64,000 nucleotides of DNA, from positions 5,657,807 through 5,721,806 of the forward strand of contig NC_057718.1 in the NCBI RefSeq assembly GCF_004010195.1, given 5' to 3'. The position numbers and the translations under genes were made by a program. The notes below the pieces were generated by a model. The model was not told where the DNA came from, searched no databases, and was given only the letters and a program-made list of their open reading frames with translations. Shown here piece after piece: positions 36,965-48,810 of this stretch; the first letter of the stretch is position 1; each line of letters opens with the position of its first letter. The DNA is from Chiloscyllium plagiosum (Eukaryota).

Positions 36965-38900
36965 TAGAAACATGGAAAATAGGAGCAGGAGTAGTCCATT
37001 CAGCCCTTCAAACTTACTTTACCATTCAATATGATCATAGTTGGTCATCCAACTCAATAGTCTATTCCCACTTATAGTGTCATAGAGTCCTGCAGCACAG
37101 AGACAGGTCTTTTGGCCCAAACTGGTCTATGCTGACCAAAATGTTCATCAACGCTAACCCCATTTCCCTGTACTTGGCCCATATCCTTTGAAACCTTTCC
37201 TATCTGTGTATTTGTCCAAATGCCTTTTAAATGTTGTTAATGTACCCGCCTCAACCACTTCCTCTGACAGCTCATTCAATAGGCGTACCACCCTCTGTGT
37301 CAATAAGTTGCCCCTCAGGTTCCCTTTTATTCTGTCCCCTCTAACCTTAAACTGATGCTCTCTAGTCCTTGATTCCCTAACCCTGGGAAAAAGACTGAGT
37401 GCATTCACCCTATCCATTCCTCTCATGATCTTTTGCACTTCTATAAGAACACCCCTCAGTCTCCTAACTTGTCCCCCAAATTCTTTGATCCCTCTCGCTC
37501 CAAATGCTATACCCAACTCCTTCTTGGAATCATACAAATTTTGGCCACAGCTGCATTCTGTGATATTGAATTGCACAGGTTCGCTACTCTCTTGCTGAAT
37601 AAATGTCTCTTCATCTCAGTCCTAAATGGTTTCCCCTTTATCCTTAAACTGTGGTGCTCTAGTTCTGGACTCCCCCGTCATTGGGAACATCCTTTCTGCA
37701 CCTATCCTGTCTCATCCTATTAGATTTCTATAGGTTTCAATGAGATTTCCCCCTATATTGTTCTAAATTCCTGTGAATATAGCCCTAACTAATCCAATCT
37801 CTCTTTATGCATCATTGCTAACATCCCAGGAATCAATTTGGTAAACCTCACTGCGCTCCCAATGTAGCAAGAACATCCCTCCTCAGTAAGGAGACAAAAA
37901 CTGCACAGTGGCTCTGTGATTAGCACTGCTGCCTCACAGTGCCAGAGAACCGGATTTGATTCCAGCCTTGGGTGACTGTCTGTGTGGAGTTTGCATGTTC
38001 TCTCTGTGTCAGTGTGAGTTTCTGCTGGCTACTCTGGCTGCCTCCCACGGTCCAAAGATGTGCAGATTAGATGGTTTGGCTTTGCTAACTTGCCCAGAAG
38101 TGTTCAGGCATGTGCAAGTTGGGTGGTTTAGTCATAGTAAATGTGGGGTTATGGGTTGTGGCGGCTGGGTTTGGATGGGATGCTCGTTGAAGAATTCATG
38201 CAGACTCGATGGGCCGAATGGCCTCTTTCCAGACTGTCGGGATTCTATGATTCTATCTTGGAAGATGACTACCAATGCATCCACTATTCGTAGGATCTCT
38301 TCCTTAAGTGCAGGGGATTTATCAGCTTTCAATCCCATCAATTGTCCTAACATGACTTGGCTACTAATATTGATTTCCTTTTGTTCCTCCCTCTCACCAA
38401 ATCCTGTGTTCCCCAAGATTTCTGGTATGTTATATATGTCATCCTTTGTGAACACAAAAGTAACATATACATTTAGTTGGTCAGACATTTCTTTGTTCCC
38501 CATTATAAATTCCACTGTGTATGACTGTAAAGAATCTATATTTGTCTTCACCAATCCTTTTCTCTTCACATACCTCTCGAAGCCATTATAGTTTTTTTAT
38601 GTAGCTTGTCATATTCTACTTTTACTTTCTTAATCAATCCCTTTGTCCAGCTTTGCTAAATCCTATACAACTCTCACTATTTATTTATTTTTTTTCGTTT
38701 CAGACTAATTTGTTTGCCCTTTCTTTCAATCTAATACTATTCCTAATTTCCCTTTTTGGTCATGGCTTGGGCACTTTTCCCATTTTACTTTTGTGCGAGA
38801 CAGGAATGAGCAACCCTTGCTATTTACCCATGTGCTCTTTAAGCTCCATATCATTGTAAGTTCCTCTATTTAGATTCTGGAGCCTAGTCTCAGAATTAAC
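36965..38900 (-). mobile_element. Nested CR1 fragments, with a + strand HE1-like SINE at ~37905-38250
   Basis: RLRGVLIEVQKIMRGMDRV...TFKRHLDKY and KRKGLVKTNI...LMGLKADKSP. Confidence 0.8.
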
Positions 38901-40899
38901 AAACTTGGGTCAAAATCAGGGAATTCCCTCCCTAGTGGCATTGTGGGGTCAACCCACAGCAGGTGGATTGCAGTTGTTCAAGAACACAGCTCACCACCAC
39001 CACCTGCTCAAGGGCAACTAGGGCCAGGCAATAAATGCTGGCCAGCCAGTGATACCCACATCCCACAAATGAATAAATAAATAAGACCTGTCTCTATCTT
39101 GAGGAAGAATTCTATTGTATTATGATTGCTCATCCCCAACGGGCCTCACAGAATGAGACTGCCAATTATTCTTTTCTCATTGCACAATACCCTGCATAGG
39201 ATATCCTGATTGCTAGTTGAGGGTTCCTCAATGTATTGCTCCTGAAAACCATCCCAATACTCCCCTACACTTTGAGGAAGATTGAATTTAGGAGGGTTTT
39301 TTTTTTAAATGAGCATGGTGAAATGACCGAGCATGCATTAAATCCAAACTTATTTCAAAGTGGGGAATGTCTCCTGTGTACTCTTCGGCAGATGAGATCT
39401 TCAACTTTTTCCACTTTCCATTGTGTTTGTGTCAGTTGGGTTTAGTTCCCCTTTGGGGAAATTGTTCTCCTAACAGTGGCAGTGTTGTTGAGTAGTGAAG
39501 TTATGTGTCTGTTTATAGACTTGTTTGTGTTCTGTACATGAGTACCTCCCATCATTGTTTTTTTTCTCATTTTTCCACTTTCATATTACACAAACAAGTA
39601 TGTCACTCAACAAACAGGCGAGCCTATCTGACCAATCATAACAGCCTCACAGCAATGGCAACAGAGGTGATATAAAAGTGGAAAAGGACTGAGGTTAGAG
39701 CAAATCTGTCAGTGCCTAAAGGAAACAACGACAGGTTCAGGTTTCAGCTGGTGATCCTCTGCCAGAACAGAGAGAGAATGCAAAACAACAACAATACAAA
39801 GAAGGAAATGGAGGATATCAACAGGTAAAAGTCATGTGTATCCAAATGCTAAATCCTATTACTGCTTTAAGGTCTTGCGCCTTGTTTTCTAAACACTCAG
39901 CTATTAATACCACCTATAAATTCTCCATTTATCAGCTCAAACTGTCATTTTTCGTGTGCTGAAAGACTTGTGCTGGCTGTTATATAGATATCAGCCTTTG
40001 ACAAACTATATCTAACTGTGGACAGGGTCACAGCCCATCCCCAGCTGTCACAGCTGGCAAGTGGGCTGTGGAATTGATGCCACAGAACTGAAAGAGATGG
40101 AAAACTGATTCCTGCAGGAAATGTCCTCTCACATTGTTTCAGTATGGAGTCTTTTTCCTTGTCTGGGTGTGGGCAAGATGGGAATTTATCCCTCCTCCCT
40201 GGTTATCCTGAGAAGGTAATGGTGGACTTTCTCCATGAACTTCCACTGCTCTGTAAAGGTGCTGCTCCCTCTGCGATGGTAGGTGAGACTCTTTGGGATG
40301 ATTACCTGATGATTATAAAGGAATGATCGTGTATTCTGAATCCAGAGTGATGTGTCGTCTGATGGGTATTTATGATGCATACTGCAGCCTTTAGTGTAAA
40401 GAGGGCATATAGAATCTAGAGGCACTGACCAAAAGATTTGTTGTGTCTTGGATAGTACTGAGCTTCTCAAGTGTTTTTGTCACTGGGTCTGTCCAGGCAG
40501 GTGGAGGGCATTTATCTTCATTGTTGACTTTGGCATTTGTACACAGCTTTGAATGGTCAGGAGTTGACGTACTCTGCCTCCATGTACTGTTGTCGTCAAG
40601 GTGTTGTTGGGGCACTTTCAAGTGAAGCATCTAATCAACAGTGAGCCCACCCAGGATGTATGACTTGGTAGATTCTCTGCCTTCTAAATCTCAACCACAG
40701 ATGATAAAATGAACATTTATTTTGAATATATCAGAGAGAGAGAGAGACGTGTTCTATTTTGCATTCATAGTGAAATTATAAACAGCTTATGAAAAGCGTG
40801 TTTGATTTTGTGCCGAATACAGAAACCTTTGATCATGATGCTGTGTGTCAGAACAAGCTCTCTTCTCGTAAATTGAAATAATATAGTGTTTAAGGAGGG

Positions 40900-42310
40900 A
40901 GTGCTGGATAAACCACAAACATTACACCAACTAGTCTGATGTCAAATTGTGGACAAAACCTTGGAATCTGTGACATGGGATCAGTATCTGTAAGGGTTAA
41001 TTAAGGGCAGTCACCATAGACTTGTGAAATGCAAACTGTTTTTGGCAAATAAAACAGAAAGTGTTGGCAAAACTCAGCAGGCCTGACACCATCTGTGGAG
41101 AGAGCAATGGAGTTAATGCTTCAAGTCTGTATCCTTTCATTACACCTTTTATCATTTAGTTACAGACCCAAAATATTAGTCCTCTTGCTGTCTCCACAGA
41201 TTCTGCCGGATTTACCAGCTTTTTTTTGATGACTATTCAGAGTTCTAGCATCTGCAACATTTTGCATTTGTCTGTGCTTTCAAAAAGCTATCACAGAGCT
41301 GAAGCGATAAAGGCCTACAGTAGGTTTCCATATTGAATTCAATAAGGTGTCTGATTTGAAGGTTCTGAGCTGGCATAAGATGGTGACAGCTTTAGTAGAA
41401 AATTGGCTAGAGATAAAGAATTAGAATAAATAAGCATCGCTTAAACCCTCGAGGGCACACATTTGTTCTCTGTATCCTAAAAGATCAGGATTGAGCTAAG
41501 GAAGCACAATCTCAAATTGTTGACAACAGTAAGGTAACAGTTAGGAGAAACAGCCACGAGGTTTGTGAAACACCTTTGGGAGCTCTAAACAGGTTGGCAG
41601 GATGGGAAGGAAGATGGAAAATGCATGTGTGAGGTAATGCACTTTGGGAAGAAAAACAAGAAATGGGTGTGTGTGCTCAATGGGAAGTCACTACAAGGGG
41701 GAAATGAACAGAGAGGCCTAAGGGTGCAGAGGCAGAATTCCCTGCGGTTTCTATTGCAAGTAGAGAACTTATTTTTAAGAGTCAACTAAATGTTTGGTTT
41801 CATAAATAGAGACAAAATACATGATAGGAAAGAAAAACTTGTTAGTCAGGAAACAAGTAGGGTATTGTATATCATTTTAATGACCCAGTGTAGAAAACCA
41901 TAGAGAACAACCAGCAAAGATTCATTGGGATGATGTTAATAATGGGAAGCTATAGTTTAGCAGGAGAGACTTCAGAGCTTGGGACTATTTCCATTTAGAT
42001 AGATAATGTTAACAGAAGAATTAATTGAGATTTGGAAAATAAGTAATGGTCTAGGCAATGAAGGTGAAAGACATCTCTGACCCCAATGGTGAGAGATCAT
42101 CTTTAATTTTTTTAATATCAAGTAGTCATAGAGAGGGAGTACAGAATATTTTGTTGCAACTGTGTTCAAGGTAGAGATCATTGCACTCTTAAGGGCCAAG
42201 GGGCATTATTTGTTATATGAAGATGCAGGGACGTGTGAAGAGTGTTGGATTGCTCTAGCAAAGAGCCAGAGTAGACATCTTGCATCAAATGGCCTTTTTC
42301 TGTGCTGTAA
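40900..42310 (+). mobile_element. Very old CR1 remnant with a fold-back Penelope-derived insertion at ~41050-41270
   Basis: Degenerate LIKGSHH, CEVMHFGKKN and RLQSLGLFPF segments. Confidence 0.55.
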
Positions 42311-42419
42311 AATTGAACAGATAAAAGAAGTCAATGTTTTAAGTTCTCTGCTGAATCTGGTAAATTTTAGTGTGAGTTGATCTGCTTACCAAACCATTTG
42401 TTTTCCTTTCATTAACTAG

Positions 42420-42657
42420 CAATGCTCTGCCGTCACTGGAGGAGATCACATCCTGGACACAGGGTTTTGACAAGGTGATGAGGACTGAAGCTGGCAGGAA
42501 CATTTTCCGTGAGTTCCTGAGGTCAGAGTACAGTGAGGAGAACATGCTCTTTTGGCTGGCATGTGAAGATTTCAAAAAGGAAAAGAACTCAAAGGTAGTT
42601 GCAGAAAGAGCAAGGACAATATATGAAGACTACATTTCAATACTGTCTCCAAGAGAG
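42420..42657 (+). CDS. RGS17: RGS17 coding exon 3 (N-terminal part of RGS domain)
   Basis: Acceptor ttttcctttcattaactag; translates (S)NALPSLEEITSWTQGFDKVMRTEAGRNIFREFLRSEYSEENMLFWLACEDFKKEKNSKVVAERARTIYEDYISILSPRE, a canonical RGS box. Donor GAG|gtgaga (phase 0). Confidence 0.95.
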
Positions 42658-43409
42658 GTGAGATAATTTCAGAAAGGCAATCGCAAGACTAAAGTGCCAA
42701 GATAACATTAGCAGTCGTGCTTTTTTCCTTTCCTTTTGATACAGGTTGTATTTTGAAAGGAGGAGGTGAGTTCAAGTAAGTTTTGTCAATAATTATCACC
42801 ATCAAAGACTAATACTGTTAATAATAATTGATGCCAATTAGTATTGATATTGAATTATACTGATTGTAATTAAGAGTTAATATTTTATATGATTAGTTAT
42901 ATCAGTAAGAAATATTGGTAATAATTGATTATTGGCGAGTATTCTAATTACCCAGGACTAATCATTGATAATTTGTTTTTGACCTATTTGTACCATGTGA
43001 TTACAGTAAACAATGAGCATTACAAAGAATTAATTGCTCATTTTGTGGTTGCCCCTGTGACTGTCAATGGTCAAGAGCCACTTGCCCAGGAATTGTCCCT
43101 ATCAATGATAACGGTGCAGGCTCGAAGGGCTGAATGGCCTACTCCTGCACCTATTGTCTATTGTCTATTGTCTAACAATGATCTCTTGGTTTATGATATT
43201 TTACATTAGCTTATTCTTCATGATTACTTTCATGAACTTGAATGTTTTGGAAAACCAGAGAGTAAGCACAATGAGGCTAATGAAACCATTAGTAGCAGCA
43301 CTCAAATGCATTTGCTGCAGTCAAATTATAGAACTGCAGTGAGGATGTGTTCTAAGTTGGTACTTGCTTGTTTTGAGCATTGGCCAAATTTGTCATGAAC
43401 AGAGCTCAC

Positions 43410-43900
43410 TGACGATACCACTGGCCATTCACAATACTAACTACTGTACTAACACTAGCCATTCATAAGACTTACTGTCTACCCTCTCAACATTGACCAT
43501 TGTACAGATGAATGATCATTTATTATACTGACCACTTTCAGCAGTTGCAATTCATCTGGACCACAAATGGAATGGACCTCTAAACTGACCACTAATTTTC
43601 ATACTAATGGACTTTCATAAAGCTCACCAGTGCATGTTCAAGGTACAAGCCACTCACACCCTGAGCCATTCGTAATTGTTATCTATATGATGACCATTGA
43701 TATTAACCTTTCATAGTGCTGACCAATGATAGTATTGTTGATTGGCACTGTTGCCTGTGATGACAATATTGAATAGCAACATCATTGACAATTTAAACCA
43801 TTCTCCATTAATATGACTGACCATTAATAGTACTGAGTATTTGCAACAGTGTCCTTTGATGAACATTTATGAGGTTAACCATTGTGGCCAGGTCTGGTTA
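43410..43900. repeat. Degenerate short tandem repeat (actgaccatt-like units) in the last RGS17 intron
   Basis: Recurrent ctgacca/tgaccatt/gccattca. Confidence 0.55.
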
Positions 43901-44063
43901 AAGACTGGAGACTGTGGTGGTGGCAAAGTCAGTGTCTATTTTGAACATATACGGAATGGATCAAATCAAGTTCATGTTAGGTATTTTCTGAATAGCCTCG
44001 AGTGAGATTGTGTACTAACTGAATATGCACTACAGTTATTTCTTTTCTTTGTGCTATTTGCAG

Positions 44064-44267
44064 GTGAGTCTTGACTCTCGTGTGCGAGAAATAGTCAACA
44101 GGAACTTGCTGAATCCATGCCCTCTTATGTTTGAGGATGCTCAGCTACAGATATACAGCCTAATGCACAGGGACTCCTTCCCCAGGTTCTTGAACTCTGA
44201 GATGTACAAGTCACTAATTGAAAAGCCTAAGACTTCCCCTGACACCAGCCCTGATGCTGAAAGCTAA
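44064..44267 (+). CDS. RGS17: RGS17 last coding exon (C-terminal part of RGS domain)
   Basis: Acceptor tcttttctttgtgctatttgcag; translates VSLDSRVREIVNRNLLNPCPLMFEDAQLQIYSLMHRDSFPRFLNSEMYKSLIEKPKTSPDTSPDAES*. The four exons total 137+102+238+204=681 nt, an intact 226-aa frame. Confidence 0.95.
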   Translation: MSLDSRVREIVNRNLLNPCPLMFEDAQLQIYSLMHRDSFPRFLNSEMYKSLIEKPKTSPDTSPDAES

Positions 44268-44319
44268 GCTCGGACCTCCTGAAAGCACAAGGGAAAGGAA
44301 CAGTGGCACTTGGAAACAG

Positions 44320-44690
44320 TTGTACACTCACACCTGTATTGCACACTCCTATATTTGCACAACTTCCATCACATACATGATAACATGCTTACAGATACAA
44401 ACATTAGATGTGTACATTTATATAGTCACATTAACATGAGAGCAAATATACACAGTTATACACGTAGACACATGCATAGTTATTCAACAACATACCTGCA
44501 TGCATTCATGAAAGCACATTTACTCCGGCATATAAGTATACATTCCCAAACATTTACACCTACAGTTGCTGACACCTTGTATTAAGACATTATCCACTTG
44601 TGTACACATACCAATACATGCACGCATACCAATACATGCACACATACATACACAGACACACATACACAGACACACACACGTGCAGAAATA
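44320..44690. repeat. Degenerate CA/TA-rich purine-pyrimidine tract
   Basis: cacatacatacacagacac and similar, just after the RGS17 stop. Confidence 0.75.
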
Positions 44691-47600
44691 ATAATGATTA
44701 AAGCAGTGTAAAGCTCTGTAGCTTGCTTGCTGGAGATCCCTGTTTAGCTTTACTCAGGCTGTGGTGACTAACTGAATATGGAGTTCACCTTTAAAAGAAA
44801 TATATACATATAAAATGATCGGAATAAAGGTTTTGCTCACTGCCTCGGTTACAAAAACAAACAAAAGCCAAGAATGTTTGTTCATGTTTTTTTAAGAAAA
44901 GATGTTTTGCTATTTGCTGAGACTGGATTCTTGTTCCCTTTAGCAACAACATGCCAAGTTGGTCACTGGTAGAATAGGTGACAAGATGCCTGCAATATCC
45001 CCAAACATTGATCGGAGCGAGTGAACACTGCCATGGTGGGGAGTTGGGAGGGGTGTATGGGGGTAGGGAGGGGGGTAGCAAGTGGCCCCAAAGAACATTT
45101 GCCTGCTCAGAGTGCAGAAGATGTAGCACTGTGACACTGTCTCCTGAGGCAGCTACAGGCAAGATTAGAAATGTTAGTCTCTCTTTCCTTACAGCAGGAT
45201 ACTGATGGCAGGATTTCATAAAATTTAATAAGCACAAAAAATTAAAGGGTACAACTTTATTATGGAGAACGAGATTCAAGTTTCCAGTGTCAGTAATTCT
45301 GATCATTTTGAGAGATAGAGAACCATATTTATTTATCTTGATAGAGACTGCAATTATTTTATATGTGTGTGCATGTGTGAGTAAAAGCTCTGGGATCTCT
45401 GTTACATTTTTTTTGTGGTCAGTGAATGTTTCATTCCTCTGATTTAACTCTATCTGTCTCCCTAACACGGCCAGAAATCTGTTTTGTTTCATTGTGAAAC
45501 GTGACTTCGCTTGTGGCAGCTGACAGGTGTAGATAGGGTGGGACTTGTAGCTTCAGGTCCTCAGAAACTATAGCAGGGGTCTCCAAACCAAAGCAGAGTC
45601 TCCTGATAAAGTGGGGCCATATCTTTAGCAAGATCCAGTAAGGGCAGGGGGAGGTAGGTTAAGCTACACTGTGCAATTTCAGTGATTTATAGTGAGCATA
45701 ATTGGAAGGGAAATTTGCCCAGTCTACACCATTCTGCTCAGGATATGTGCTGCATTAAAATCCTACCCATATTTAAAATGGGTCGTTGAGAGATGCCACA
45801 GGGTGATGTATTAAATTGCTAGCTGAGGTTTCTAGGTGAAACTGTGTTTTTTGCTTGTTCATTTCTTAAAATTGTTGTATGTAATTTTCACACTTTATAA
45901 TTAAAAAATACAGTTCATATATATATCTTTATGTCCTTGGAAAGATAGGGCAGAGGAGAGTTTTCACAGCACATGTGACACTCTCTCAGAAGGAATCTCC
46001 TTATTTAGTCTTGACCTGTGGTCCAGTGTTAGCAGACTGGGAAGGGTCAACTAATGTGAAGGTTGAAAATTTGAACCTGAGAACTCGTGCAATTAAGCAT
46101 ATCTATGGTACAGCAATAAGTGACCCCCAAAGCTATCAGTTTTACATATATTTTATAAGAAAGAAACAAGTCCAACTGATCATTGCTGAATGGGGATATT
46201 TATCAAATTCCTCTCATTTGACCTGGTCTACACTAGATAGTTGACTATTAACAAGGGATGAAGTATAAATACAAACTGAGTGGTGTCTCCCAAGGATGAT
46301 TATTTTGTTTCACAAAGGGGATCTATTTAAGGATTCAATTTGAGTTTCTTGTGCCTGAACTACATTATATCTGGCATATTAATCCTTGTGAGGCATGACA
46401 TTGGTTGACATGTCTGAAAGAACTTCAATTACAACACAACATTAACAATTCAAATAAATAGAGTAGTCCTGGATTAGATTGTAGGCCTGGACAGAGGAGA
46501 AGCAAATTCCAGTCCGACAGGTCAGTGTTGGTTCACTCGTCTATTTGAAGCTGCAGCAAGATGGGCAATCCCAATTAGAGTCTGCTCCACCACCCTTTCT
46601 GATCAGTATCCAGTGGTGCTTTCTGGTAGTGTGTGTCTAACAACAGACAGTGTGGTCAAACTTTGTCCTGGTCACTCTGAGCCGAGCTTCTGTGCTCTTT
46701 AATAGCCCAATTGGCCTTCACAGCCAAAGGTCACACACACAGAGTAATTGGCTGCTTAGACGACACACCGAGGCAATCTTGTGGTTGGAAAAACTGTGCT
46801 ACAATGGGAGACCACCACAATCCCACTCCCCTTCCAACTGAAGGGGCAGGAGAACAAACTGGTAAGGAGCAAACACAAATCTATAATAAAATGAGAAAAC
46901 ACCAGATATATACATCAGACCTAAACCTTTCAAAGCATAAAAGACGGGAGTATAGAATTTATTGGATAAAGTGACTTTGTGCAATCACTGAGGAAAGAGA
47001 TTCCATTAAGAGATTGATATCATGATTGTTAAAATAACACACTTAAATTTTTGTTGTCCGTGTTGTGAAGTCATGGGGCATTTTGAATAGGTCCAATAAG
47101 GAGGAAAGCAGGTTTAGACAAGGGAAACTATGTTTACAGAGATTGAGTTGAAAGGTTCCCTCTGTCCATAAAGAGGGGACAAAAAAACTTTCCCCTTCCC
47201 CAACAAATTAATTTGCAATCATTATTTAATCTCCATGATTTTTACTGCAAAACCATTCATCGAATGTCCTAATCAACATTTGCTATTTTCAATAATATCA
47301 GGCATAGCAAGGATTAATTTTGTCAAAAAAAACAGTGAATAATACCTTTTTGTGCATCATTTTAAAACTATATTTAATCACTTAAAACACATAGAGTTAC
47401 CCACTTGCATTAAAATAGCCCTCGAGGAATTTCACACAATCTGATAACAACATTGCACGATCAAAGGACATTTTTTTTGTATTTATTTTGAATGTTAAAC
47501 ATCAAATACTAACAAAATCATTGGAGTGTGTGGGGGAAGTCAGTATACTCTGCAACAAAGCTGGATGACATGGGAACACTATAAGGATATAGCTGAAAAA

Positions 47601-47820
47601 CATTGAGAGTGTGGTGCTGGAAAAGCACAGCAGGACAGACAGCATCCGAGGAGCAGGAGAAACCATGTCTCAGGCAAAAGCCCTTCAGAAATTCCTGATG
47701 AAAGATTTTTGCCTGAAACGTTGACTCTCTTGCTCCTTGGATGCTGCCTGATCTGCGGTGGCTTTTCCAGCACCACACTCTCGACTCTAATCTCCAGCAT
47801 CTCCAGTCCGGACTTTCTCC
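47601..47820. mobile_element. Fold-back Penelope-derived short element
   Basis: Inverted arms; CTGATGA at 47695 and GAAA at 47715; flanks tat(a/t)gctgaaaaa at 47588-47600 and 47821-47833. Confidence 0.8.
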
Positions 47821-47834
47821 TATTGCTGAAAAAA

Positions 47835-48810
47835 AGACATATTTTGTCAAGACCTTTGGTGCTCCCTGCATCAGGACAATTTGCAAGAATATCATGTAGG
47901 GGAAATCAACATATATCCTGACCATCCTCAGGAAGGGTCATCGGACCCAAAAGGTTAACTGATTTCTCTTCATAAATGCTGCCAGACCATTTGAGCATTT
48001 CCAGCAATTTCTGGTTTTGTATCCTGACCATGCCCAATCAGCCTGTTCCTGCTAAACATGTGGTACAGTGTGCAACATCAGATTGATCCTGAAACTGGAC
48101 AGCAGCTGCTGGATAATCCTGAGTGTGTGAAAAATTATCCTGACAACCAATTTACAAGTGTCAAGTCAGGCTTACAGAATGGCACACTTGTGTGTAGTGG
48201 AAACTGCATATATCAATCTTTGCACACATAAATAACACACACATATTACACCTATTTAAACTCAGCTGAATAGTGATGGCTATTTAGAATTAGATTTAGA
48301 TTACCTACAGTGTGGAAACAGGCCCTTCGGCCCAACAAGTCCACACCGACCCGCCGAAGCGTAACCCACCCAGACCCATTCTCCTACATTTACCCCTTAC
48401 CTAACACTACGGGCAATTTAGCGTGGCCAATTCACCTAACCTGCACATTTTTGGCAGTCAGTCGCCTGAGGCGGGAATTGAACCCGGGTCTCTGGCGCTG
48501 TGAGGCTGCAGTGCTAACCACTGTGCCACCGTGCCGCCCACTATTGGTTCACTTCTCAACACAATGCCTTACCAATCAAAGTCCAACTGCCTGGTTTAAA
48601 ATTTAAACAAAATTTGACAGTTAACTGTAAGTCATCATTAATTGATTCATTCTTCATGCCAACGCTGCTGCTAAACAGAGTCCATTTTCCAACGAATTAG
48701 TAGTCTCTCTTTGTACAGCATAAATGTTAGTTTTTCCTTACACCGGTATTTCTTGCAAATTACAAGTTCAAGACAAAAAGTTTCAACAAAAAGTGTCATT
48801 CTTCAATAAT
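47835..48810 (+). mobile_element. Old Penelope-like element 3' end with an inverted 5' terminal piece; contains nested insertions
   Basis: GQQLLDNPECVKNYPDNQF...HLCVVETAYIN at ~48095-48220 resembles the PLE endonuclease C-terminus; 47840-47915 is an inverted copy of ~48720-48800. Confidence 0.55.
48290..48539 (-). mobile_element. HE1-like SINE, young, with internal deletion of the V-domain
   Basis: Matches the reverse complement of 59056-59358 except for a gap at ~48453. Confidence 0.9.

Noticed and set aside
37956..38591. 211-aa ORF
   Set aside because: Chimera of a SINE and antisense CR1 sequence.
8628..44267. RGS19 or RGS20 identity
   Set aside because: NQRPN before the cysteine string, AGRPT..TKMES, HRDSFPRF and linkage to MTRF1L fit RGS17 better; phylogeny not run.
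44791..45492. 233-aa antisense ORF
   Set aside because: No recognisable domain or splice structure; lies opposite the probable RGS17 3'UTR; likely a chance ORF.
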